Shown here piece by piece: positions 49,156 through 56,615 of a stretch of DNA of 64,000 bases (the stretch's first letter is position 1; each line of letters begins with the position of its first letter). The translations under genes were made by a program, and so were the position numbers. Under the pieces are notes generated by a model, which was given only the letters and a program-made list of their open reading frames with translations, made no database searches and was not told the DNA's origin. Source of the stretch: a virus. The stretch covers positions 96,001-160,000 of IMG/VR virus record IMGVR_UViG_3300038856_000064; one strand, 5' to 3'.

Positions 49156-49163
49156 AATTTGAG

Positions 49164-49215
49164 AGCCCTGACCCGAGTAGCTTAGAAATAGGCTTCTGGA
49201 GTTAGGGCTTTTTTT
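49164..49215 (+). terminator. Terminator of first RNA cluster
   Basis: AGCCCTGAC/GTTAGGGCT + T run. Confidence 0.75.
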
Positions 49216-49362
49216 ATCTGATACACCCGAGCCTCTCGGGCATGCTTCCGACATATCGAGAAAAGGTTTGACTTTCTGACACCTAGATAAGAAGTGAGAG
49301 TATACTTTCAACATGACCGAACACAGGAACTCATCGACGAACTGTGGTGAGTGGAATTCAGC

Positions 49363-49390
49363 TTGACAACTAGAACAACTAGGGTATACT
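49363..49390 (+). promoter_or_regulatory. Sigma70-like promoter for second RNA cluster
   Basis: TTGACA-N16-TATACT; followed by 15-codon ORF MRKIKAPTGRRKRAR (49396-49443). Confidence 0.8.
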
Positions 49391-49480
49391 TCTCCATGCG
49401 AAAGATCAAAGCGCCTACTGGCCGTAGGAAAAGGGCGCGATAACATAAATACCTCCTATGCGGCATACCGGGTTTCCGGT

Positions 49481-49529
49481 ACCCCGACGAAAAGAGTAGC
49501 CAGATATATCGGGGTTTGATAACTCTGGC
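49481..49529 (+). ncRNA. H-type pseudoknot
   Basis: ACCCCGA(49481)/UCGGGGU(49509) interleaved with GCCAGA(49499)/UCUGGC(49524). Confidence 0.55.
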
Positions 49530-49534
49530 AATAA

Positions 49535-49602
49535 GGGAGTGACAGGTTTAGGCAACTAGTGAATACTATGTTGTAACGTGGGTTCGATTCCCACCACTTC
49601 CA
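49535..49602 (+). ncRNA. Mini-tmRNA 2 (tRNA-like domain only, 68 nt)
   Basis: GGGAGUG/CACUUCC-A with G3.U70; D-loop ACAGGUUUAG; helix GCAAC-UAGU/ACUA-U-GUUGU; AAC linker; T-arm GUGGG-UUCGAUU-CCCAC. Confidence 0.85.
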
Positions 49603-49682
49603 TAAAGCCCTAGGTGGACGCAAGTCGCATACTAGGTTGATACTGCCGGTTTGGGTTATACCGGAGGAAGGTTCAACCTAGG

Positions 49683-49731
49683 GTGGTAACCTTGACCGGA
49701 CCAAGCTAGATGGTCAAAATAACCACTTTTT
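49683..49731 (+). terminator. Terminator-like hairpin ending second RNA cluster
   Basis: GTGGT..TTGACC/GGTCAA..ACCAC + TTTTT. Confidence 0.55.
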
Positions 49732-49917
49732 ACCTCAGGTGATACACCCGATCCTCTCTGCCATGCCGCGCGCATATCGCAACTATATCAGACACCTCCT
49801 CCCCTCCTCAAGTATATCGCAACCCTGGAGAAAAGTCAAGTATTATTTTGAGAACATCTAGGTGCTTTTCCACCCTGCTTTTCTTGCCATCTTCGACAAG
49901 TCATGTATACTTAGGGC

Positions 49918-50196
49918 ATGAGCAAGAACAACACGAACATCGGGAAGTTTCTCACCGATCTGGCAAGCAAGGCATCTCCGCTGAACGCGCAAGCTATCGC
50001 GGACTTGCAAGACAAGATGCGCGCAGAGAAGGTAGTGGAATTGGAGCGCAGGATCCGTCACGTTCTGAAATGCATCAACACCGAAGTCACCGAACTGCGT
50101 ACCCTCCGCAAGCGTGAGGCGGAGACCAAAAAGCGCATCAAGGATTTGGAGAAGCTCGCGAACGACATCGTCACCGGAAAGGACATCGACGACTAG
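49918..50196 (+). CDS. Coiled-coil early protein, leaderless
   Basis: TTGCCA-N16-TATACT at 49884-49911; 92 aa. Confidence 0.75.
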   Translation: MSKNNTNIGKFLTDLASKASPLNAQAIADLQDKMRAEKVVELERRIRHVLKCINTEVTELRTLRKREAETKKRIKDLEKLANDIVTGKDIDD

Positions 50197-50198
50197 CC

Positions 50199-50261
50199 TG
50201 TTATACTGACGAGATCCGGGCAAAAGGATCGAAACTAGGCATAGCCTAGTCTATAATGCCT
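50199..50261 (+). ncRNA. Hammerhead ribozyme, type I
   Basis: Stem I UGUUAUA/UAUAAUG, core CUGACGA, stem II GAUCC/GGAUC, GAAA, stem III CUAGGC/GCCUAG, GUC site at 50249-50251. Confidence 0.92.
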
Positions 50262-50398
50262 ATAAAATGGGGGTTTGACCAAGTGCTAAGTGCCAAAATG
50301 GTTGAATCCCGTGCCAGTGACATTATCGTTCAATAGTGTCCAGTGCAAAAGCAGACAACTAGAGTCTCGGGTGCCAGTCACCTGAGGCTCTTTCGTTT
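50252..50398 (+). ncRNA. Putative ribozyme-released small RNA with repeated GUGC motifs
   Basis: Three hairpins, GUGC at 50283, 50290, 50311, 50343, 50371; last hairpin is terminator-like. Confidence 0.55.
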
Positions 50399-50715
50399 AT
50401 ACACCGAAACAACTCGCGCTTGCCTGCCAAACATATTTTATATCAGCGAGACTCGCCCCTCCTAAGTATATCATAAGATAGGGGAATGTCAAGAACAACT
50501 AGAATAAATATTAGCACGATACCCTACCGCGCACGTACGCGCGAATATCACAAGATCCGCAATTTGTCAAGCTCGTAAGAGATATTTTCTCAGAATGATT
50601 TCTAGGTGATTTTGGATCCATTCACTTGCTTTTCGTTCGAACTAGGGTATATTGATTGTGGCTAGCGCAACGGAGCGCATAAGCAAACACAAAACCCGAA
50701 CACGAGGATACAAGA

Positions 50716-51261
50716 ATGGACGAACAGAACATCACCACCGACGACGTCGAAAACTTCGATGTCACCGAACAGAACGACGACAGGCAACGACGCGAGCGGA
50801 GAACGCCAGCTCAGATTATCGCCGATTTGGAAGCCGAGATTGCGGCACGAAAGGCCGCTCTGGACGGCAAGATCGATACGAGTACCGAGCACGGTCTCGG
50901 CAAGGCTCTGCGGAACGCACGACGCAAGCGCAATACCGCGCTGAAGGCCGCACAGGTCATCGTCGAAGGAATCCCCGCCAGCGACGGTAAGGGCTGGACT
51001 CGCAAACCGATGTCCGAGACGATCAAAAACACCGAAAAGCGCTTGGAGTCGCAACGCGAGACTCTGAACCGAGCGGAGTACCAGCGCGCCGATCTGCCGA
51101 CGTGGATCGCTCGCCTGGACTCTCTCCTGGAAGCCCTCGAAAGGGGCGACGACGTCGAATTCCCGCGCGATATGCCGCCCCTCGAAAATGAGAAGGACCG
51201 CTCTGCCGAGGAGCACGAGGCGGCTTTCTACGCGAAGAGTCAGGAAGGCGACGACGCCTGA
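50716..51261 (+). CDS. Charged helical early protein
   Basis: 181 aa, GAGGA RBS, promoter TTGCTT-N16-TATATT at 50626, terminator 51270-51305. Confidence 0.75.
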   Translation: MDEQNITTDDVENFDVTEQNDDRQRRERRTPAQIIADLEAEIAARKAALDGKIDTSTEHGLGKALRNARRKRNTALKAAQVIVEGIPASDGKGWTRKPMSETIKNTEKRLESQRETLNRAEYQRADLPTWIARLDSLLEALERGDDVEFPRDMPPLENEKDRSAEEHEAAFYAKSQEGDDA

Positions 51262-51269
51262 TCCCCTGG

Positions 51270-51305
51270 GGGAGTCTCTATAAGGGACTCCCATTCTCTT
51301 TTTTT
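51270..51305 (+). terminator. Terminator
   Basis: GGGAGTCTC/GGGACTCCC + T run. Confidence 0.75.
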
Positions 51306-51322
51306 GTGTGGTATACTTAGGT

Positions 51323-51628
51323 ATGCAAACGACAACTAGACAACGGACCGTATCGCGAATCGGCTTACACCGCGCGACGCAATTCCTCTGGAATGAAACG
51401 CAAGGGCTGATCTTTTCGTGCTACTTTCGCAAGAAGGACGGCACGATGCGCGAGATGGTCTGCCGACGCGGTGTCAAAAAGCATTTACGCGGCGGATCGC
51501 TCCCCTACGACGCAAAGGCAAACAATCTACTGCCAGTGTTCGATATGACTCTCGGCGAGTACCGAACGGTAAATCTCGCCACTCTGGTTTCCTTCAATTT
51601 CGGTGACGAAACTTTCGTTGTAATGTAG
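51323..51628 (+). CDS. WYL-like/SH3 beta-barrel phage protein, leaderless
   Basis: FSCYFRKKDGTMREM...VFDMTLGEYRTVNL; extended -10 TATACT at 51312. Confidence 0.65.
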   Translation: MQTTTRQRTVSRIGLHRATQFLWNETQGLIFSCYFRKKDGTMREMVCRRGVKKHLRGGSLPYDAKANNLLPVFDMTLGEYRTVNLATLVSFNFGDETFVVM

Positions 51629-51660
51629 CGCCCTCATTCTATCATCCGAGAATGCTGGTG

Positions 51661-51712
51661 TGCCGGAGGCGGTTGTTCTTTCCAGAGATCATCCCCGTCT
51701 CCGGCATTTTTT
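51661..51712 (+). terminator. Terminator
   Basis: TGCCGGAGGCGG/CCGTCTCCGGCA + TTTTTT. Confidence 0.8.
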
Positions 51713-51822
51713 GTTTGAAACAGCGCGACAACTCGCGCTATGCCTGCCACATATCGTCCTATAATGAGACACGTTTTGACCACCTAATTTGACATCTAGA
51801 TGATTTTGGGGTATACTAAATC

Positions 51823-52164
51823 ATGCAAGATAAGAACAAATGGCATCGGCGCACTACGGCGTTTATGGGACAAGTCGCAAAGGAACTCGGTATCCCGAGA
51901 AACAAACGCACAATCCACTCAAATAAAGGTGGAAATGCGGTAGGTGGCGAAGTGACGATGAGCGCACCGGAATTCGGTGTATACGTTCACCTAACGTGCC
52001 CAGTCAATTCCTACGGTATGGAAGATCGGATCGGAAGCAACTACGTACGACGAGCAACGGCAGACGATCCCTACGGTACCGCGATCGACAAACAAAACCA
52101 TTTTCTCACTACTCAACTAAACCCGACAGAGATAGCTGATTTTTGTAGAAAGATCGTCACCTAG
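51823..52164 (+). CDS. Hypothetical early protein, leaderless
   Basis: TTGACA-N17-TATACT at 51789-51817. Confidence 0.75.
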   Translation: MQDKNKWHRRTTAFMGQVAKELGIPRNKRTIHSNKGGNAVGGEVTMSAPEFGVYVHLTCPVNSYGMEDRIGSNYVRRATADDPYGTAIDKQNHFLTTQLNPTEIADFCRKIVT

Positions 52165-52187
52165 ATAATCTTGGGGTATACTTACGC

Positions 52188-52379
52188 ATGACTACCCTTT
52201 ACACTCTAGTAGAAATTCGTCCGAACGGACACGAAACCGAGCTTTACCTCGGAACGAAACTGAAGGACGGGACCCGAACCAAGTATACGGTAGATGGTAA
52301 TATTGCCTACCAGACCCAAAAGAAGTGGGAAGAGGCAAATCCAAACTACCGATACGAAGTTAGACTAATGAACATCTAG
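52188..52379 (+). CDS. Hypothetical early protein, leaderless
   Basis: TATACT at 52177, ATG 5 nt later. Confidence 0.65.
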   Translation: MTTLYTLVEIRPNGHETELYLGTKLKDGTRTKYTVDGNIAYQTQKKWEEANPNYRYEVRLMNI

Positions 52380-52386
52380 AGGAATC

Positions 52387-52851
52387 ATGACAGAACGCGT
52401 ACAAGCTGCCAGGAAGATCACGCACGACACTTTGGCCGAATACGATCTATACGATCGGGGTTGGCGATTCAAGCTAACCCGCGGCAAGAACACTCTTGGA
52501 TGGTGCAACTATAAGGATAAGACGATCGGCATTTCGTCTCACCTTATCGAGAACGGCACGATCGAGGAAATCGCAAACACGATCATTCACGAAATTGCCC
52601 ACGCCAGAACTCCCGGCGAGAATCACGGATGGAAGTGGCGAGCAGTCGCTAGGGAAATGGGTCTGAAAAATCCGGGTCCATATACGAAAATCTCTTACGA
52701 ACTACCGCATAAATACGAACTTAGGTGCGGTGTTCATGGCACTATCGAAAAGCGCCACCGACGTAGCAAACCCGAAAAACTTGCTAGGATCTATTGCCGA
52801 AAGTGTGGATCTGGCAGTGTCGGAACCCTTAGGCTTGTGGAGGTCAACTAG
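52387..52851 (+). CDS. SprT-like zinc metalloprotease
   Basis: TIIHEIAHA...HGWKW...C-terminal CRKC. Confidence 0.85.
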   Translation: MTERVQAARKITHDTLAEYDLYDRGWRFKLTRGKNTLGWCNYKDKTIGISSHLIENGTIEEIANTIIHEIAHARTPGENHGWKWRAVAREMGLKNPGPYTKISYELPHKYELRCGVHGTIEKRHRRSKPEKLARIYCRKCGSGSVGTLRLVEVN

Positions 52852-53136
52852 ATGGATATCGACGACATTTTTCCCCCTGAAGATCAATGGAAGCGCGAAG
52901 CAGACTTCCGGCACCATATCGAGCAGAAAAATCAAATGGACGATTTACTCTGCGGCGCTATTGATCCGATCAAGGTCGGTGACCGAGTTATGTATCGAGA
53001 GGATACAAGTCTAGGTGCCGGTACAATCATTCACATTGCCCTATCGAGATACCCTTATAGGGTACGATGGGATGACGATAGTTACGTGGATATTGTAGAC
53101 TGGTACTACGGAGACCAACTAATCAAAGCTACGTAA
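52852..53136 (+). CDS. Small SH3/KOW-like protein
   Basis: IKVGDRVMY...GAGTI...YRVRWD. Confidence 0.55.
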   Translation: MDIDDIFPPEDQWKREADFRHHIEQKNQMDDLLCGAIDPIKVGDRVMYREDTSLGAGTIIHIALSRYPYRVRWDDDSYVDIVDWYYGDQLIKAT

Positions 53137-53324
53137 TGAATAGGCGCGAGACACCGCGCCTACTCTGCCTTGCCGCCCACATATCGCCATATATAGCGAA
53201 GCCTGCCCCTCCCTTCTATTATACCACGGGGAATCAGAAAAGCAACTAGAAAATAAGGAAATCTAAGGTCGGGATTCCTAGGTGCTTCACTTGCCATTCT
53301 CAGCATCGTGCGGTATACTTCGAC

Positions 53325-53495
53325 ATGAGCAAAAAGCATTTCGAGGCAATCGCTAAGCTGGTGCGCGAAGCCGATTACTTGACTGACGACCAACAACGTA
53401 TTCTTGCTAATCAGCTCTCTTACGTGCTGGAAAATAGCAATATGTTGTTTGATCCGGAGCGTTTTATCGAGGCAGCGACGACTAAGGACAACTAG
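53325..53495 (+). CDS. 56-aa phage protein (MSKKHFEAIA...FDPERF type), leaderless
   Basis: Below track cutoff; TTGCCA-N17-TATACT at 53291-53319. Confidence 0.75.
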   Translation: MSKKHFEAIAKLVREADYLTDDQQRILANQLSYVLENSNMLFDPERFIEAATTKDN

Positions 53496-54259
53496 TGAGT
53501 AAACCTGACCTGACGTATATCTCTAAGGGAAACTCTAAGACTGAGTGTTTCTCTTTTGATTTACCCGCAATCGAAACCTGTCCAGGACGAACGCAAGAAT
53601 GCTCTAAGGATTGTTATGCCGCTAGCCTTATGCGGATTTATCCGCAATTGCAGAAGCGGTACCAGGACAACTACAACATTACGTTTCACCCCTCTTTCGT
53701 GCGCTATATGGTGGATAACATTCCACCTAATTGCCAATTCCGTATCCATGTAAGCGGAGACTTTTTCCACGCTGATTACGTTCGTAAATGGATCGAGATT
53801 TGCCGCGCACGTCCCGATGTCACGTTTTACGCTTACACGCGGTCGTGGCGCATTCCGGCTATATGGGATAAAATCCAAGAGCTTCACGCGCTTCCCAACG
53901 TCAACGTAAACCTATCTGTAGATAACGAAACCGGACCGCCGAACCAGCGAGTCTATAAGAATTTTCACGCCGCAAGTCAAATGCGGTGGTGCTATCTGAC
54001 TAAAACGGATAGTGTTCCCGAGTGGATCAACGAAGACGATATCGTGTTCCGCTCGAATCATAACGGGCAACCTGGCAATCACAAGTGGAAGCGCAAGAAA
54101 GCTATCAAGCAAGGGCTCGACCCTAATGAAGTAGCGCCGCTCGTAAAACGTCTAGGTGGTCAAGTTTGCCCATTGGAACAGGGACAAGACGTCCCTAACT
54201 TTTCGTGTGCTAAGTGTCGACTATGTGTCGATAAACCTAAGGTGGTGGCATTTGTCTAA
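53495..54259 (+). CDS. Gp88-like Cys-rich (radical-SAM-related) phage protein
   Basis: FDLPAIETCPG...C...CYA, FRIHVSGDF, FYAYTRSW, CAKCRLC. Confidence 0.75.
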   Translation: MSKPDLTYISKGNSKTECFSFDLPAIETCPGRTQECSKDCYAASLMRIYPQLQKRYQDNYNITFHPSFVRYMVDNIPPNCQFRIHVSGDFFHADYVRKWIEICRARPDVTFYAYTRSWRIPAIWDKIQELHALPNVNVNLSVDNETGPPNQRVYKNFHAASQMRWCYLTKTDSVPEWINEDDIVFRSNHNGQPGNHKWKRKKAIKQGLDPNEVAPLVKRLGGQVCPLEQGQDVPNFSCAKCRLCVDKPKVVAFV

Positions 54260-54354
54260 TGTCTCGCCTTTTTTGGATGGTGATACTACCTATGGAATGA
54301 TGCTGTTGGCATTTATCCTAGGTGTTTTATTTACAACTAGAACAAAATGGAGTG

Positions 54355-54591
54355 ATGATGAAAATCGTTGAAGATGATAAAGTAGGTGTTCCGTTCTCGG
54401 ATATTCCGCCAGGAACCATCTTTGTTTGTGAGGAGGTTTATTACCTCAAAACTTTTGAAGCCGATCGCGACGTCACCGGATACTATACCAATTCGGTAGG
54501 TCTGGAAACTGGCGCTCACGAACATTTTGGCGATGACGTTGTCGTCGATAGCGTGCCTATGTCTCTGAAGATTACCCAGGGGGGAACATGA
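54355..54591 (+). CDS. Hypothetical protein, tandem paralog A
   Basis: VPFSDIPPGTIF...YYLK...LKITQG. Confidence 0.7.
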   Translation: MMKIVEDDKVGVPFSDIPPGTIFVCEEVYYLKTFEADRDVTGYYTNSVGLETGAHEHFGDDVVVDSVPMSLKITQGGT

Positions 54592-54815
54592 AAATTATTG
54601 AAAAAGAAAACGTAGACGTTCCGTTTCTGAATCTGACTCCAGGAACTATCTTTCGTTTTGATGATATCTACTACCTAAAGGTCCACGAAATCCACGATCA
54701 TGTGGGGTCTACTTTCAATGCCATGGTTTTATTCAACGGCACTAGTGAGTATTTCACCAGCGATATTATCGTCGACAAGGTTCCGGGAACTTTGGAAATT
54801 ACTCAAGGCATCTAG
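54588..54815 (+). CDS. Hypothetical protein, tandem paralog B
   Basis: VPFLNLTPGTIF...YYLK...LEITQG. Confidence 0.7.
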   Translation: MKIIEKENVDVPFLNLTPGTIFRFDDIYYLKVHEIHDHVGSTFNAMVLFNGTSEYFTSDIIVDKVPGTLEITQGI

Positions 54816-55010
54816 ATGAAACTCTCACTCAAATTCCTACGCCTCAATGACTATACTCATTGCGAAGAAGAAGTAAAAGAAGGAACGATTTACGGTTTCT
54901 GGCGCATTGTGGAGCATACCGGCGCGGGATGGTTTCCGTGGCCCGGAATTTATGAATCGCGCGAACGTGCGCAAAAGATTCTAGATGCCCATATTTCTCT
55001 GAATAAGTAA
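54816..55010 (+). CDS. Hypothetical protein
   Basis: Abuts upstream TAG. Confidence 0.6.
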   Translation: MKLSLKFLRLNDYTHCEEEVKEGTIYGFWRIVEHTGAGWFPWPGIYESRERAQKILDAHISLNK

Positions 55011-55443
55011 TCTCAAAGGCTGGAACACCCAGCCTACTCTGGCTTGCCCGCCGCCCATATCGCTACATTATAAGACTCCTACAAACGACCCCTAGAACTA
55101 TACCACATATAAGGGAGACCCCTGGCGTACTTTCTGAGTACTCTTATAGTTTTCTTCTAGAGGGTCTTACCTACAGGTGCCGCGCACATTCAACATCGCC
55201 TTGTGTTATTTGTTCTAGATGTCTCTCTCAACCTAACTTAAACTTAAACTTAGTCAAGCACACTAGCTAAGGCGCTGTGTGCGCTGGCATGTTTCGTTGC
55301 GGCTAATACTATTAGTATGTGTCTAGAATTTAAATTCGTGCGTGAAATGTCTTGTTTTCTGATCGTGCGTCTCATTTTGAGAAAATGTGGGGAAAATCAC
55401 GGGAAGTTTGGCTCTAGGTGCATATCTGTGATAGATTACGACC

Positions 55444-55857
55444 ATGATTCAAGCTCTCAGAAACGCTAATCCTGTACAGATATGGATCGCGCAGACATTT
55501 AATACGACCGTGCCCCTGTCCGATGGCAGAACTATTGTTGTGCGGTTCGATTTGTCTAGTTGTGATATTTTTTATGACCCACTAGAAAAGATGAGATTAG
55601 CAAAGGCTTACAGGGTCGAGGAGTCGGTTGTGGATTTTATTCAGATTGAGATGAATGAGATTGGCACGGCGGTTTATGATTCGGGCACAGTATCTATTTA
55701 TATTCTAGATGCTCTGGAGGCAAAAGACTGGAATCGTGCGAATAGTTTACTGGGACTGCTTGCTAAGTCTCTAGTTGCAATTGACTTAGACAAATCTCAA
55801 ATATGGGACAAATGGTTCGACAAAGTATATTCCTACATAAAAGAGAATTCGTCATAG
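55444..55857 (+). CDS. Hypothetical protein
   Basis: 137 aa; TG-extended TAGATT 6 nt before ATG. Confidence 0.65.
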   Translation: MIQALRNANPVQIWIAQTFNTTVPLSDGRTIVVRFDLSSCDIFYDPLEKMRLAKAYRVEESVVDFIQIEMNEIGTAVYDSGTVSIYILDALEAKDWNRANSLLGLLAKSLVAIDLDKSQIWDKWFDKVYSYIKENSS

Positions 55858-56366
55858 TTGGCGATAAATGGGCGAAATGGGGTGGAATTCGTCAGGAGTG
55901 GCGATAATTCGTTGGAAACGCGATTCCTTATTATCTCAGGATAAGGCGTGAGTTAAGTTTAATTGCCCCTCAGCTCCCAAAAACGTTTTCACCCGTTCAT
56001 GTTTCCCCCCTCTATATTTGTTTCTCTTGTTGTTTCTTTGGTTGTACTAGTAATACCTAAGACATCTAGAGGATCTAAGTATAGTTGTAGTAAACTTTTA
56101 TGTCCTTTTTGGTTCTTCCAGATTTATCCCTTTTACGAGGGTATTTATCATGCGTTTTGTGGCGTTCGTGGTAGTATGAACTGACGAACAGCCCGCGCGG
56201 GAACACCTAAACCACCTAGGATAAAATCCTCAAATTTCTCACCCCATCCTGTATATCTGGTGTATACTGACTGTAGCTGAAACAGCACAGGTGAACGTAA
56301 CATGATCGACGCTAAAGAACTCGAAACCGTATTCACTTCTTGTCTTTTTTATGAGGACAACTAGAG

Positions 56367-56600
56367 ATGAATCCACGCTATATCGCCTACGCTAAGGCTC
56401 ATGGTAAAACGCCTGATGCTATGCTAGCCCATGATAAAAAAGAATGGCCCGGTGGCTGTATGACCGGATTTATTCTCTGGATGCGCGAGCAGAAAGGCGC
56501 ATTTCGTAAGGCATCCCCTGAATCATTCTATATGGTAGGTGGGGCGCTTACTGAAATTGCAGACCAGGAAGCTTGGGATAACTTTTTACAGAACCAATAA
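56367..56600 (+). CDS. Hypothetical phage protein
   Basis: GAGGA RBS; MNPRYIAYAKAHG. Confidence 0.7.
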   Translation: MNPRYIAYAKAHGKTPDAMLAHDKKEWPGGCMTGFILWMREQKGAFRKASPESFYMVGGALTEIADQEAWDNFLQNQ

Positions 56601-56615
56601 CAACTAGAAAATAAG

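Larger units (their letters stand above)
46948..55062 (+). repeat. Dispersed ~36-bp intergenic repeat, 9 copies (ACA[C/G]C...CTC...C[A/T]TGC...CATATCG)
   Basis: Copies start near 46948, 47451, 48313, 49223, 49744, 50401, 51720, 53151, 55025. Confidence 0.8.

Noticed and set aside
49313-49366. 17-codon ORF after TATACT at 49301
   Set aside because: Weak -35 with 19-nt spacer and no coding evidence; possibly a deleted cassette
49444-49480. HDV-like (theta) ribozyme
   Set aside because: CCUCC-like loop present but no P1/P2 partners found
48825-49602. Standard tRNA genes or a full-length/permuted tmRNA
   Set aside because: No D-stem/anticodon cloverleaf. Each 5' acceptor strand precedes and pairs with its own nearby 3' strand, so it is neither a ~350-nt nor a permuted tmRNA. 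A possible GCA-started AKTRFV* in copy 1 overlaps stems and is not tag-like.
49646-49672. SRP (4.5S) RNA suggested by CCGG...AGGAAG
   Set aside because: Lacks the CAGG...GNRA...AGCAG helix-8 consensus
46948-55062. CRISPR array
   Set aside because: Repeats are degenerate, hundreds to thousands of bp apart and separated by genes; no cas genes
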